Shown: positions 38,886 to 52,368, counted from the first letter of the stretch. The stretch: 64,000 nt of DNA from Selaginella moellendorffii (GCF_000143415.4 NW_003314272.1:964184-1028183), one strand, 5' to 3'. Notes: generated by a model not told the origin, from the letters alone. Program-made: numbers and translations.

Positions 38886-40661
38886 CCTTAGATCCTGCGA
38901 GTCTATCCAACTCAATCGCCCAAAGCAATGCTATCTAGATTCCGAGAGCGCAATACCGATTTCCCCTCTCAAATCTCTCTCGCGGAGGAGAGATGGAGAG
39001 AGAAGAGAAGAAGGAAGAGAGAAGGGAGAGCTAGTTAGAATGGGAGAATGGGGTCCCGGAAGAGCGCTCTTTATACTGCGCTCGAAGCAGTCCTCGAGAG
39101 TTACTGGCTCTGGAGCCGGTTACTAAAACCATTTCTTAAAACGCGACTATGGCGTGTAGAGGTTGACGAGGTTTTTATTTTTTTTCTATCTGTGGAGAAC
39201 TGCGCAAGTAAAAACAACACGGTGGAAGTGGGGTCGCATTGCCAGCTTTCCCTCGAGAAGTTTCAAGGAGCATGGGAAGCCAAGTGGGAAATGGTCTCAT
39301 CACATCTCCAAGACAAACTAATCTCTAGACTTTGGAACCCATAAAAAAGAAAAAAGTGAGAGAGCAGCAGTTTTGCTAGAGCTCAAACTCGTTGTTTGGT
39401 GGTCAGTCCGAGTCGCGTTTGGCGAGTTGTCGGATTCGAGCGCGGCGACTTGCACCGTTTTCTTGCTCATTTTTTAATTGGTTTCGCCCTCTTTGCTTGT
39501 CGATACAGTGTAATGACTCGAGCTCTCGAAAGAATGAATCAAAAGAAAGGGCTGTTCGAACAACTAAATCCTCCTGAAATGCGCGAGCTTGAAAAAAACG
39601 CAAAGGGGAGAAACGGTCGCAGCGATTTGTAGGATGTTTTCCATGAGTGGCAAGTTTTGGAGTTGGAGTGAAAAGTTATTCTGGCTTTGATCCCTTCACT
39701 GTGGAGTTGTCGGTGTGTGGAAGAATGAAGAACAGTGTTCATTTTAGCTATCCTGGCCTCTTTCCTTCAAAGTGACGTCCAGCAAAGGGAGTGATTCCCG
39801 CGGACTAGCAGGAAAACTCATTTAAAAATGTCAAGAATAAATCGATCGATGATCAAAACCGTATTGTTTACTTCATGCCAGCGTGAGCCTCTCGAGTCAA
39901 TGTGGGCGCCTGTCCGAGGTAAAAACATGATAAGGACGATTATCTTCTGTACGTTTTCACTGCGGAATCACTGACTTTCTTACACCACGCTGATTGATCG
40001 TTAAACGAAAAGCTTGGAGCTTTCGATGTATGATTGTTTGCTTCCCTGTTTTCTAGCCAACCTACCATTGCTGACAACGTCGTTCGCTTGTTTCGTGGCA
40101 TGTCAGAGCGTGCGCTGGTTGATTTACGCCCGACTTTCGATCATCTAACATGGCACGGAGTTTCCGTTCAGCAATTCCCGCTGGCGTATCCAGACCCATC
40201 GAGATCGATCGAAAGGAGACACGAGAGCCCAAATGGAGGACAAGTTAGAAAAATGATTTACCAGTCGCGCGGCGGCAATTTACGACGCCAGAGAATGCCT
40301 TGGTACATTCCGATTCTCTTCATGTCACCGACAAAATAACTTTGACTGAAATTTAGAGAAAATCGTCCCAAATTTGTCAATGCGTGCTACGGCGCGGGTC
40401 TCAAAGGTTGAATGTTTGGTTTGTGCCGCTATCCGTACGGCTCCTTAAAAAAATCTCGAAGCGAGTACGGACGCGAAGTTCAGCGTGACCCGGCCACGTG
40501 GCGAGACGGGGCCTTTATGCCACGTGGCTCATTTCGAATGGAGAGATTCTGTGTTCATGGTATTTTTGCTGCCATTACTATTAGGTCAATCCCTTAATTG
40601 TGGAACTCATCGTCGTTGATTTGGTCGTCGTTGAATTCTCCGCGATCGGAAGAGCTCCCCA

Positions 40662-42690
40662 ATGCCGGGATCGCCCCTCACGCGCCGCAGGAACCCTCAT
40701 CGGTCGCAGGCGTGGAGCTTCTCCGGTAAGCGCGCGCGCGCCCACCAGACGACTGTAGTAGCTGTGCCTGTGCGTGGTTTAGCTCCATCTTTCTTTGTGT
40801 TAGGGTTTGATCCAGATCGCAGCGCTTCCCCCTCCCCCTCTCGCGGATTTGCCGCTGCGCTGCTGGAGCTGATTGAAATTCTCGCATGCCTGTGCGTAGA
40901 TCAGGTGTCTGTCAGTCGAGATTTTGGTGTGATTCGTCGCCGAGAGCTGAATGTTGCTCCCTTTGTTTGCTCGTAGGTATGGATTATGGATCTTCTAGGC
41001 CGCGATCGCACTTGGTGGCCAAGGTTTTGGTAGCGGCTTCTCTGACCGCCTTGTGCATGTTTATTCTGAGGCAATCGTCGACAAGCACCACAGATCTTGT
41101 AAGTTTCACCTTGAATTTTCGCACAGTGTTCTTGCATCCGGCACTGTTTTTTTTTTTTCCTTTCTTTTTCTGGGCGTGTTCTAAGAGAATTTATTGCTTG
41201 TTCTGTGGTAGTTTGCCCACCGACAAGAGGGTGTAATGCACGTACTTGTCACTGGAGGTGCAGGGTTTATAGGATCACACGCGACTTTGCGGCTTTTAGC
41301 GAATGGACATAGAGTTACGATAGTGGTAAGCTGAAAAACATAGTTTCTTTTTGCTTGAAGATTTTGGGACTCATGTGGAAACCTCCAGGATAATTTGTCA
41401 CGGGGAAACATGGGTGCTGTTCATGCACTTGAAGAGATTGCTAATCCCGGTATGCTACAATTTATCAATGCGGATCTTGGTGACAGAAAGGCGGTCTGTA
41501 TCTTTTGTTCTTATTCCATTGTCGCATCGTTTTGGTAAAACTGGAGACTTTGCAGGTTGACGAGATTTTTAAGAAGAATGCCATTGACGCGGTGATGCAC
41601 TTTGCTGCCGTTGCCTACGTTGGAGAAAGCGTGGCAGAGCCACTGAGGTAGTGTGAGATTCCCAGAGAACTTGTCTATATGTCGTCATGCCTTGTTTGCA
41701 GATATTACCACAATATCACGTCAAACACCTTGACTGTTGTAGAAGCAATGACGGCACACAATGTAAAGAAGCTGATTTATTCGAGCACCTGCGCTACCTA
41801 TGGCGAACCAACAAAGATGCCCATAGTGGAGGACACGGAGCAAGTGCGTTTTGCTTTTTAGTTCATCGATGATGTGCTAAACTCTTACCTTGCTTGTCAG
41901 GTGCCGATCAATCCTTACGGCAAAGCGAAAAAGATGGCTGAGGATATAATCAAAGACTATACTAAGGCGTCATCGGACTTGGCCGTCGTCATTCTAAGGT
42001 GCTTCCTTTTAGCTCCTAGGCCGAAAAGTTACTCACTTTTCCATGTTTCTGCATTGGCTTTCAGGTATTTTAATGTCATTGGATCAGATCCACTTGGAAG
42101 GCTTGGAGAAGCACCTCGGCCCGAGCTCCGCCACATGGGACGCATATCCGGTGCGTGTTTTGATGCGGCTTTGGGACATATTCCCGAGTTGAAGGTAATC
42201 AAGCGACTGTTCTGTAAACTTCTCAAACGCTTTGTTTTGTAGGTAATGGGGACCGACTACGACACGAAAGACGGAACTTGCATCAGGGACTACATTCATG
42301 TCACGGATCTAGTTGATGCTCACGTCAAGGCTCTGGCGCACGCTTCCGAGGGAACGGTGAAGGTTTACAACGTTGGAACGGGCGTGGGTGAGTCTCAAGC
42401 TCCCCTCGATTGCTCTGAGCTGTGGTTTAATGCTGTCCTTGCTTACTCCAGGAGTATCGGTGAAAGAATTCGTGGAAGCCTGCAAGGCCGCGACGGGAGT
42501 AAACGTGAGCGTATCTTATTTGGAGCGAAGGCCGGGCGACTATGCCGAAGTTTACAGCAATCCCTCGAAGATATTCCGCGAGCTCGGCTGGAAAGCCAGG
42601 TACACGAATTTAACCGAGAGTCTTTCGGTGGCGTGGAAGTGGAAAATGGCCCATCCAAATGGCTATGGCGACGCGAGATCCAACAGCTAA
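40662..42690 (+). CDS. MUR4: UDP-arabinose 4-epimerase (UDP-xylose 4-epimerase), Golgi type II membrane, multi-exon
   Basis: Short first exon, then MDY..TM segment; [14 protein letters not shown]; DNLSRGN; [13 protein letters not shown]; [11 protein letters not shown]; PINPYGKAK; [10 protein letters not shown]; [10 protein letters not shown]; [11 protein letters not shown]. Confidence 0.93.
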
Positions 42691-42771
42691 ATCACAGGTC
42701 AAGTACACACTGAAAAAATCGCTATTTTTTGGAGGCTCCAATGTCTTGTTCTTGTACATAACCAAATGTTA

Positions 42772-42895
42772 AACGGTACGTCGGATGTCCCCGATCCAAC
42801 GGCGGAGCACTGCACTGCAAGATCAACGGTCGGGGATAGAGTAATCGGATATTTTTCCTCTCACCATGATGGCCGTTAGATGAAGGATCCAACGG
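42772..42895. promoter_or_regulatory. Cluster of AACGG (MSA-like) motifs upstream of the SEUSS-like gene
   Basis: AACGG at 42772, 42798, 42825 and 42891, plus CCGTT at 42873. Confidence 0.45.
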
Positions 42896-43538
42896 CGCCC
42901 GTCTCTGATGCTGGTTCGTCCGATGGCGTCAATCGCACGATGAGTGTCATTCCGTCGACGGGCTGGACGGGCAGTGACGTGCGGACCCCAAATTTTCGTC
43001 ACATTAGGTTTTATGTTCTCTCCTAGTTCCTCAGCTAGGGAGTGTGGTGTTCATCGGGATCTGGAACGCCGCTTGCCCGCGCCAGTGATCCGCGCATCGA
43101 TCGCCCACGCCCGGCCACGCCGATTCTTCCGGGAGCTCCGCGCGCGACGATTACGCTGCGCCGGGAGCTGGAGATTTCGGAGCTGGATTGTAGAGGGGGT
43201 AACGAAGCGTCGGGAATGCGCCGGCGTGGGGAGCTGGGGAGGCGGGGATGAATGGAAATATGCCGCTGGCGCGCCAGTGATTCTCGTGGTACGTTATCGC
43301 AATGCTGCTTTCTAGCGTGGCGCTCCATGCGTAGCTTAGGTTCTAGGCACAGGGGCTGGATAGAGTGAGATTTGGGGAAAGGCGAGCAGCGCCCGGTGGA
43401 ATCCCATGGCTTAGTCTGGCAAATCGTGCATTGTGGAGTCTGGAGCTAAATTCCAGGGTCGGCAGCCATGGGCGGCTTTTTAGTCTTCTCTATAGCGTGG
43501 GATGCTAGAAGTTCTTCTTGAGGCCACCGTGGTGGTGT

Positions 43539-46500
43539 ATGGAGAATTATTCCACCCAGATGGAAGCTCGGCAGCAGGGTGGAGGATCCTTCTCGACGTA
43601 TAACCTGGACGCTGGAAGCCTGGTGGACGACGATTTCCTGTTCCTGGATCACAACCTTCCTTCCATCGACAGCATTGCGTCCGACTTCTCGGCGTTCCTC
43701 GACTCCGCCGGGCCAAACGGCTCCTTGCTTCCGGCCGACGAGTGGTCGGGCACTACGAACACTTTGCCGGACACGCCCAGCTCGCATCAGCAGCAGCTCC
43801 AGCATGGTCTAGAGGGATCTTCTCCGCTCCAAAGTCAGTTGCAAGGGCCTGTGATCCAAGCCAAGCAGCAGCAGCAGCCTCTCCAGCAGCATCAGCAGCA
43901 GCAGCCACCACAGCAATTTGTTTTCGAGAGCCATGCACCACCACCCTCGCAACCAAGCGCTCCGGATGTTTTGAGCGGCCAACATGGCGTCGATCAGATG
44001 GATAGCCTGAGACAGCCGCAATCTCAGGCAAGGCCCGGTGCGTTGCAGCTCGAGAACCAAGCGAGGCACGCCAACTTTCCAAGCCGGCAGGTGTTGCTGA
44101 ACTGCTCGACACCCCAGCAGTCGCTTCCACCAACGCCATCAGCAGCATCAGCAGGAGCTGGAAACACGGCACGGGAGATGGTGGTAGAGGGTGCTGGTTT
44201 TCAGGGGGTGCAATCGGAAACAAGTGGCATGGAGTCCAACTTTAGCGGCCAGAGAAATTTCGAAAGTCTTCAAGGTCGACAGCTTCCGGGAAACATGCCA
44301 GGTTTTCAAGGACAGATGGAAGGGTCTCAAGCCGGGCTGAGGCTGTCGTTTCCCAGGGGCTTGATGGCAAACGGCCATTTTGGCATGACTGGGAGCACCC
44401 CGCAATTGCCGATCCAGGGGCAGCAAGCAGCTATGAATCACCTACCAGGCGCGGACGCAGATGGAAACGGTGTGGCACTTCAATCGCAGCTCATTAACAA
44501 TCAAACCAACTTCTCGGGCCAGTTTATGTCTAAAGTAAACAACCGACAGTCAATCATTCCTGGACACGCCTTGAGCAACATCCCTTCGTTCCAGCTACAG
44601 GTAAGTTTTCGCTCGGGCGACTGGTGGCTGAACAGTGTCTCTGGTTTTGTTGCAGCCGTCGTCTCATCAACTTCAGCTGCAGGGACAAACGAAACTGCAT
44701 CCTCAACTTATGAATCAGCAAGTCATAAATCAAGGGCTACTGCAACCGCGGCAAATCCAGCTTGGATCCCAGCCATCGGTGTTCTCGTCTCCGCAGCAGC
44801 AGTCTTCATACCAGCTGCTCCAATCGCAGGGCTATCAAATGCATCCAAATGCGGGAAACCACTTGCCAATTGGTCGCCAAATGTTTCCACAGATGCAGCC
44901 GAGGTTACAAAGTCCGCTGATACAGGGCTTACGCTACGGTGGTGCTCTTGGCTCGCGACAGCTTGGTCCACAAATAGTTGGCCCACAGATTGGTACAGGA
45001 GTCCCCGAGATGGGAACACGGTACCCTCCATCAGGAACAAACGCAGCCAAGTGCGCGCAAGTGTTTATGCTTTACATACAGGAGCAAAGAAAGCGGCCAC
45101 AGGTAACGATTCCCAACATTTTCCATTTGTTCTCTTTTCATTCTATCCAACTCACAGGACAACAACATCAACTTTTGGAGGGCATTTGTACACAAGTACT
45201 TCGCTCCAGGGGCGACTAAACGTTGGTGCTTGACCAGCTACAGCACTACACCTGTTGGTAGACATGCTCAAGGGCTTTTTCCTATGGTATGTGGGAAAAA
45301 ATTCGCATATCACATTTCAATTGTGTGCTTCTTTTTCAGGACTATTGGTACTGTAATTTATGTGGAATTCAACCAGGAAGAGGATTTGGTATGTACTTCC
45401 TGGTTGGCTGCGAAATCTAACCTTCCATCTTCTTGCAGAATCTGGTACAGACGTTCTACCAAGACTTTTCAAAATCAAATACGACAGTGGTTTACTCGAT
45501 GAGCTTTTGTTCCTGGACGTTGCCACAGAGTAAGTCGCCCTCTTCTAACGATAGCCCCTAATTCTTACTTTCCTCTGAAAGAAAATATTCTGTACCATCC
45601 GGAAAAGTTGTTCTGGAGTATGCCAGAGCCGTTCATGAGTCGGTGTTTCTCGAACTTCGGGTAACTGAACTGGATGAAATGTAGTGGTGCTAAGTTTCCT
45701 TGTTCAGGTAATTCGTCATGGCAAGCTGCGTATAACTTTCAACAGTCAGTTTAAGGTACTGTTTTAACATGCATGCATGAGGGAACTTTTAGCTGACACT
45801 TTTATTTATGGCCAGATTTGCTCATGGGAGTTCTGTACTAAGGCGCACGAAGAAGTAGTGCCGCGGAAGAATTTGCTTCAACAGGTACCTCGTTTTTTCC
45901 AGTCTAGTCTCGCTTTAAAATACTCTCTTGTTTTGTAGGTGCACCAGCTGGCGAGCCTTGTCATAGAATCCGACCAGGAGAACTTTGACAAGAGCGCAGA
46001 GAACTTAAAATCTCATTGCAATGCGTACGTTGCCAGATCTTTGAAATCACTTTTTTTTTCCCCCACTTTCCCGTTCTGCAGCTTTACAAAAGCGGCAAAG
46101 CAGCTGGCTGTTCAACTTGACGCGCCAATGGTGAACGACCTTGGGTTCTCGAAACGTTATGTAAGATGCTTGCAGGTATGTGGTGGAACAAAATGGTATT
46201 GTTAAGTAGATTGTCGTGCGTTGTATGAACAGATCGCAGAAGTTGTCAACAGCATGAAGGACCTGATATCGTTTGAGAGGAAAACCGGCCTGGGCCCAGT
46301 CGGTAAGTCGCTCATGCTTTGACTTCCATATGCTCATGCAAAAACAAAATTTCCAGAGAGCTTGAAGCGTTTCCCAACTGTCAAAAAGCTCCAGATGGAA
46401 GGCGGCCTCGCCGGCTTGCCTCCATCCTTAAGCCTGACTCAGATGATCACCGAGCTCACCCAAGGTACAACGTCTCTACAGTCCTCCACGGTCACGCGGC

Positions 46501-46973
46501 TCCAGTCGGAATCAATGTCCGAGGCGCAGGACCAAGGCGATGGTAACCAACAAGCCCACTCATCCTCCGTTTTCAAGGGAATGGAAGCAGCAGCAGCAGC
46601 AGCAGCAGGGCCGGCAGTGAATCAGCAGCGGAGTTCCATGGAGTCGCGCTTGCAGCACCTCCTCCAGTCGTCATCGGAGGCTTTCAACCAGATCCAACCA
46701 TCTCAAGCGGCGCAGTCCATAGGCTCCCAGCTAGCGTCTCCATCTCAGGCTCCAGCAGTGGTAGCACAGGCTCCAGGCAAGCAGCAGCAGCAGCAGCAGC
46801 AGCAGGCGGTGGCGAGCAACCAGATTGGTGGCGGAGCGGCGCAGCAACAGCAGAACTTCCAGCCGGTTGTTTTGAAGTCGGGTGCCGCAAAGTCTTCGCT
46901 GTCTCAGCCGCATCAGTCGAGCTTGCCGGGAACGCCTCAAAGCGAGATGAGCGACATGAGGTCCAACACTTGA
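43539..46973 (+). CDS. SEUSS / SEUSS-LIKE transcriptional co-regulator (LIM-domain-binding family), Gln-rich, multi-exon
   Basis: CAQVFMLYIQEQRKRP-DNNINFWRAFVHKYFAP..KRWCL, WYCNLCG..PGRGF, LPRLFKIKYDSG..DELLFLD, SWEFC..HEEVVPR, VNDLGFSKRYVRCLQIAEVVNSMKDLI. Confidence 0.92.
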
Positions 46974-47795
46974 CGGATGGATGGAGAGAAGGGCTGATTA
47001 TATACTGACGAAAAAGAGAAGATTGGGCAGCCAGCGAGCAAGCAAGCAAGGTGTACATAGTGTGCTTGAAAAGAAACGATCTCTCTCGGCTGGGACTGCG
47101 GGATGGACCCCCATGATCTCGCTCTCTCTCTCCAAAGAGAGGAGGAGAAATGCAAAGTGACGAAGAAGAGGGGATTCTTGCGGGAGTCCGGTTGAGGTTG
47201 AGGTGTGACTAGGACGACGACGTAGTAAGTTTCCAGTCCCCACGAGAAGAAAAAAAGGTTTGGAGAATGGAATGGGTTTTACAAAGCTGTTGTTGTGAAA
47301 AGTTTAGAACAACAAACACACAATCTTTTATACAAGGACGTAAGATTTTTTCCTTTTGCTTTAGGAAGTTTCTTTTACAAAAAGGAATGAAATATTATAT
47401 ACTGGATAGTAAGCCGCAAAGAGGTCAAGGAAATAATGACACATTAAAACTAACGCAAGCGTTTTGTTAATTTAAAGACTATTAACAATGGCCAACTATT
47501 TAAGCATATCTTAGGTATATCCACGAAACTGTGATCGCATCTCCACCGCCCGTCTACATCATCCCAGCCGTCGAAGCTAGGTCCAAACTTAGCACGGGAG
47601 TCTATTTTTAGTATCTAGCTCTTACAAAAGCACAGTGCATCGTCTAGGGTTTTCTCGTGAGGAAGAGGGGCGGCGCTCCGACGCCCTAGATAGGGCCAGG
47701 GTTTTGTAAGCCCGGGGGCCCTATCGCTCAGCTGCGGGAGCGATCCATTTGTTGTGCGTCACCGGGATTGAAGGCTTTGGCATAGGGAGATGTCA

Positions 47796-47884
47796 CAGTA
47801 CTGTGGTACAGAGAAGCACATCGCACTGGAGGTGATTTGTTTCATTACCTGCGGCTCCATGTACTTCTCCGTGCCACAGTACTG
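47796..47884 (+). ncRNA. Pre-miRNA-like hairpin, copy 1
   Basis: 5' arm CAGTACTGTGGTACAGAGAAGCACAT pairs with 3' arm ATGTACTTCTCCGTGCCACAGTACTG; inner AGGTGAT/ATTACCT stem. Confidence 0.5.
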
Positions 47885-50184
47885 GAAACGAAAAAGGTAC
47901 GATCGTATTGCTTTTCTTTTTTTTCCAGGTATTGGAGACTGGCAGCCAAGATTTGGTGATAGCTTCTCGCAAGGGGAGGCTTTCACAAAGCCTTATGCCT
48001 TGTGTCTATGCAAACGCAAACAAAACTTTGGGGTGTTTTTGTTTTGTGTGCTATGTAATTTTTTATCAGCTATGAAGATTTAGCACAAGGAACTATGGCT
48101 TTGCCCTGCTTGCCCTGTTGTTGTGCGAGTTGTTTAGAGTCGATGATTGCTTGGTCCACAAGCTTGCGCTACTTTGGTTGAGATACCAAGCTTGTCTGAG
48201 ATGTGGCGATAGTCTCCGCTTCCACATCTCGGCGCCGTACGCGTAGTAATCTCTCCTTGTAACTCATCTTCTCTCCTTGTAACTCATCTACGTGCTCTGA
48301 CGCCCTCCAGTGGTTCGGTTCTGTGAATGATTTCTTCGATTGATTCGCAGGCCCGTGTCTTGGTAGAAACGGTGTGTATCGATGTGAATGGCGTCCCTTC
48401 TGCTCTGACGAGCTGGTGTCGCATTGCTGGTGCCTGGATTCGCATGTCCAGGTAGTGGTTCTCGTCTTGTTTGATGACTACGGCCCCCAGATCACGTAGA
48501 TGACTATGCCTCCATTTCTCGTCCCATGGATGTTGCTTCCCAGTTACACGCTGTGTTGAGGTCAGGGATCCGTCTCTGCTGGTCTTCCCAGCTAGTGCGA
48601 TGATGTCGAAATGCCCTTATTCAGCTAAACCCAGTCCGCAGCCGCCGATGATCATCACCATCACCATCACCATCTCCACCATCACCGTCACCGTCACTGC
48701 AATGTGTCCGAGTGCTGTTGCTTGTGCTGTCTGTTTCCTTTGCATTTTGTTGTTGTGGCGTTATAGGCAGTATCTTGTAAAGATCTTTGGGCTAGGTATC
48801 TTAAAGATTATGGCGAATTTTAAGTCCTGTAGGTAGTGCTCTCGGTGTGGTTCCCGCTGCTGCATGGCGATTTTTCTGGGCTCCGTGACCAATCATTGCT
48901 GAGCGTTTGCGGTCGAGTGTATGCGTGGTATGCCGTGGACACTGGTGTGTTGCCCGCCTCCGCTTCTTGTTGCTGGCCTGATGTAAGATGCATCATTCAT
49001 CGCCACCGTCATGAATCTAAGCTGGTCTGTCCTTTTGCCCTTTGCTGTTGTCTTTCGGTGGCGGCTGTTTCACGACTGCGGGTGTAACTTGTTGATTGTC
49101 TAGGATCAGACGCGGTGCCTTGTTTGTTGCTCGTTTTTGCTCAGCTTCCTCGGCAACGTCAGTGTGAAGCTTGACGAGTGCATCCTCTAAAATCTTCTAC
49201 TCCTCATTCATAGCTGTTCGCGCCCTCTAGCTGCCAGGTGTTTGGAAAGCTAGTCTTGAGGCTCATTGCTGTCCGTGTCTGTTTGTTTCTGTTGTTGTAT
49301 GGAGGTGTTTTCGGGTGGTGGTGGCGTGCTCTCTTTGGTTGCCGGTGCTGCCTCAATGTTCCAGAAGCGCCGAAATCCTTGGTGACGTTCAGGAATGTTG
49401 ACTTACTGGGGCGCGTACGTGTGTTGTCCCATGGTGATCCTCGCTGAGTTCTTTTGTCGACTGGAACCTCCACGGTGACCACTCCTGATTTCACGTTGGT
49501 GAAGATGATGCGTCCCAGTGTCCGGAGGGCCTCCTTCGTGGTCTCTCTCTCGGCGGGTTCGCGGAGAACGGCCCAGAGAGGAAAACCAGCCAGGTGATGC
49601 TGGCGATAGTGAAACATGCCTTCGCCCCAGATAGCCCCGTTGTGGTGTTTGAAGGTAACCAGGAATTCGCTGTTGATCGCCGTGCTGTGAATTCAGAACT
49701 TCGCGATCTGGTGCCTCTCATCTTCCTCTAGGTTGAAGCGTGGGTGGTCAAGTCACACACTGCATCAGGTCTCCATAGAACACAATGAACGAGCTCATGA
49801 GTCCAATCTCTGGTCCCGTAGTTTTAGGGTCAGCACTGGGTCTTGGGATCCAACAGTGGGGATCTTGGGCTCGATGTTGGTGTTGGCCAGTGTCGTGGCG
49901 GTGTTGTGCTATGCATCAGCTGGCTGCTGTTTGGATAGTAGTTTCTCGTGTTGCTACCGGCAATGGCGTTTTCTTTGCTTTGAATATTCTAGAATATTCA
50001 AGGACATAATAGGTATATCCGCTAAATTGTGATTGCATCTCCACCGTCCGTCTAGCTCGAGGATCTATTTTTAGTATTTAGCTCTTTGAGAGAGTAGGTT
50101 TTCATGCTCCAGAATTGGTCCATTTGAGGGTCATTGTACATCACCATCTCTTCCTTGAGATGCACAAGGAAGACTTTGGTATCA

Positions 50185-50270
50185 CAGTACTGTGGTCCAG
50201 AGAAGCACATCGCACTGGAGGTGATTTTCATCACCTGCGGCGCCATGTACTTCGCTGTTCCACAGTACTG
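50185..50270 (+). ncRNA. Pre-miRNA-like hairpin, copy 2
   Basis: Same 26-bp imperfect stem plus inner AGGTGAT-TTTC-ATCACCT stem-loop. Confidence 0.5.
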
Positions 50271-52282
50271 GAAACGAAAAAGGTACGATCGTATTGCTTT
50301 TCTTTTTTCTTCCCAGGTATTTGAGCCAAGATTTGGATGATGCGCCGTGGAGATGGCTGAAAAAATTATGTACTTTTTGTAGGATTCCCAAATTCTAGCT
50401 CCCGCTTGATCGAGCGCTTGCCTAGGCTCAAATGTTCAGCTATGAAGATCTAGCACAGGCCAGGGCTTGCGAAATTTTGATCCAAGCCACAATTCAGCAA
50501 ATTTAAACAATAGACTCAGTTTAGCTAGTTATCGCTTTTCCAAATTGGAAGCACACAGGTCCAAGATCTTCTTAGCTGCTTCATTGTCCTGTTTCTTCGC
50601 TTTGCTGGCATGGGTCCGATTCTGGCGGTGGCATGCTCTCTTTGGTTGCCGGTGCTGCCTCGATGTTCCAGAAGCGCCAATTAAAGGTGAAATCCTTGGT
50701 GACGTTCAGGCGCTCTGGAATGTTGAGCTTCGCTGAGTTCTTTGTCGGCTGTCTTCTCGCCATATTCTTGGGAGGTATGCCAGGTGACGCTGGCGATAGT
50801 GAAACATTGTGGTGTTTAAAGGTAACCAGGAATTGACAAGAGCCCCTGCCATATGGGAGTGCGTTGATCGCTAGTCCGTGTTGTGAATTGACCTGACCAC
50901 CCACGCTTCAACCGAATCCCTGGTTTGGCCGAGAGGGACCAGATCGCGAAGTTCTGAATTCACAGCATGGCGAGTCTCTGGCCGGTGGTAGATTGGGTCG
51001 TAGTGCTCAGCGCGATCCATCGACGTTCTCGGGCTCCTGGTCTCCGAGCGCATGCCTACTCAAGCGTGGTTGTCCTTTGACCATGTCGCTGGGCGGTGGT
51101 GCTGTGGCATGCATGGGTGCCGGGTGGAGTCCATTCTGTTGCGGCGTGTAATGCCCATGTTGACGAGCGCACTGTGGTTGGCATTGTGATTGGCGTGGAG
51201 CTGTGCATGCCTTCTGAGTGGTCGTCTCTGTCATACCTCTCAGCCCTGGGTCTTCCAGCACTGGGGATCTTGGGCTCGATGTTGGTGTCGTGGCTGCGCC
51301 AGTACTGCTGCGTTGGCGTGCTTGTGAACTTTGCTGCCGACAATGCTTTTGCTCGAGGACGCGTTCGTCACTGGAGGCGTTATTGGTTGAGTTACGATCC
51401 CTGCGTGGTGGCTGCCGTGACCGGGAGCACAACAACACAAGGTGCACGTCCAGACTTGGGTGTAGTGAACATTGTAGAGGAGGAAATTTATGACTCAATT
51501 CTGGGCCTTATTATGTGTTGGGAAAGATAAATGCCTCACATGCATGAAAGTCAAATGACATGTGACATTGTTGATCTTAATTAAAAGGTTCAATTGTGCT
51601 CCACTATAATGGTCAGTTGCGGAAAGTATATTGATAACTTTGGTAGAGCCACATTAGCTCCGGAAGAAACTCCATTGGAGGATCCAATCCCATCAGAACC
51701 TATTAAGGCGGACCAAGAAATAATGGACGAAGAAATCTCAACACCAACTCCAACATCAACTGCTGCTTCAAGTAAATGATCTTTGAAAAAAATTAATATC
51801 TTTTTAAAATTTGCCTCTTCCTCTGGCTGGGTGTGATGGGTGGGTGGAGCTAGGCTTCAACCTCTGGGACCTTCATTTCTTGAGCTTGGGCTGAAACACT
51901 CTGTGAATGTGGAAAAACTTAGAGCTCGGGCATGCCGTCCACATTGGTGGTTTTGTTTTTTGGAGCCCCCTCGAATATACGAGAATATTAGGTATATCCG
52001 TTAAATTGTGATCACATCTCCACCGTCCGTCTACATCATCCCAGATATCGAAGCTAGGTCCAAACTTAGCTCGAGGGTCTATTTTTAGTATCTAGCTCTC
52101 ACAAAAGCGCAGTGCATCGCCTAGGGTTTTCTCCAGGGAGTAGGTTTTCATTTGGGGGTTCGATCGGCCCTATCTATTGCTCACTTGCGGGATGATGGGC
52201 AAGGATGGGCGAGGATCCATTTGAGGGTCATTGTCACATCCACAAGGAAGACTTTGGCATAGGGAGATGTCACAGTACGTCA

Positions 52283-52368
52283 CAGTACTGTGGTCCAGAG
52301 AAGCACATCGCACTGGAGGTGATTTTCATCACCTGCGGCTCCATGTACTTCTCTGTTCCACAGTACTG
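52283..52368 (+). ncRNA. Pre-miRNA-like hairpin, copy 3
   Basis: CAGTACTGTGGTCCAGAGAAGCACAT ... ATGTACTTCTCTGTTCCACAGTACTG. Confidence 0.5.

Noticed and set aside
33849-38938. Cys-rich (ICTCKPVVVG) and Trp/Arg-rich repeat ORFs on the plus strand
   Set aside because: Reverse-frame translations of the extensin repeats.
19085-46973. Chromatin-regulator cluster (SPT16, HARBI1-like, HOS15, SEUSS-like)
   Set aside because: Plausibly chance in a very gene-dense genome; no shared motif seen.
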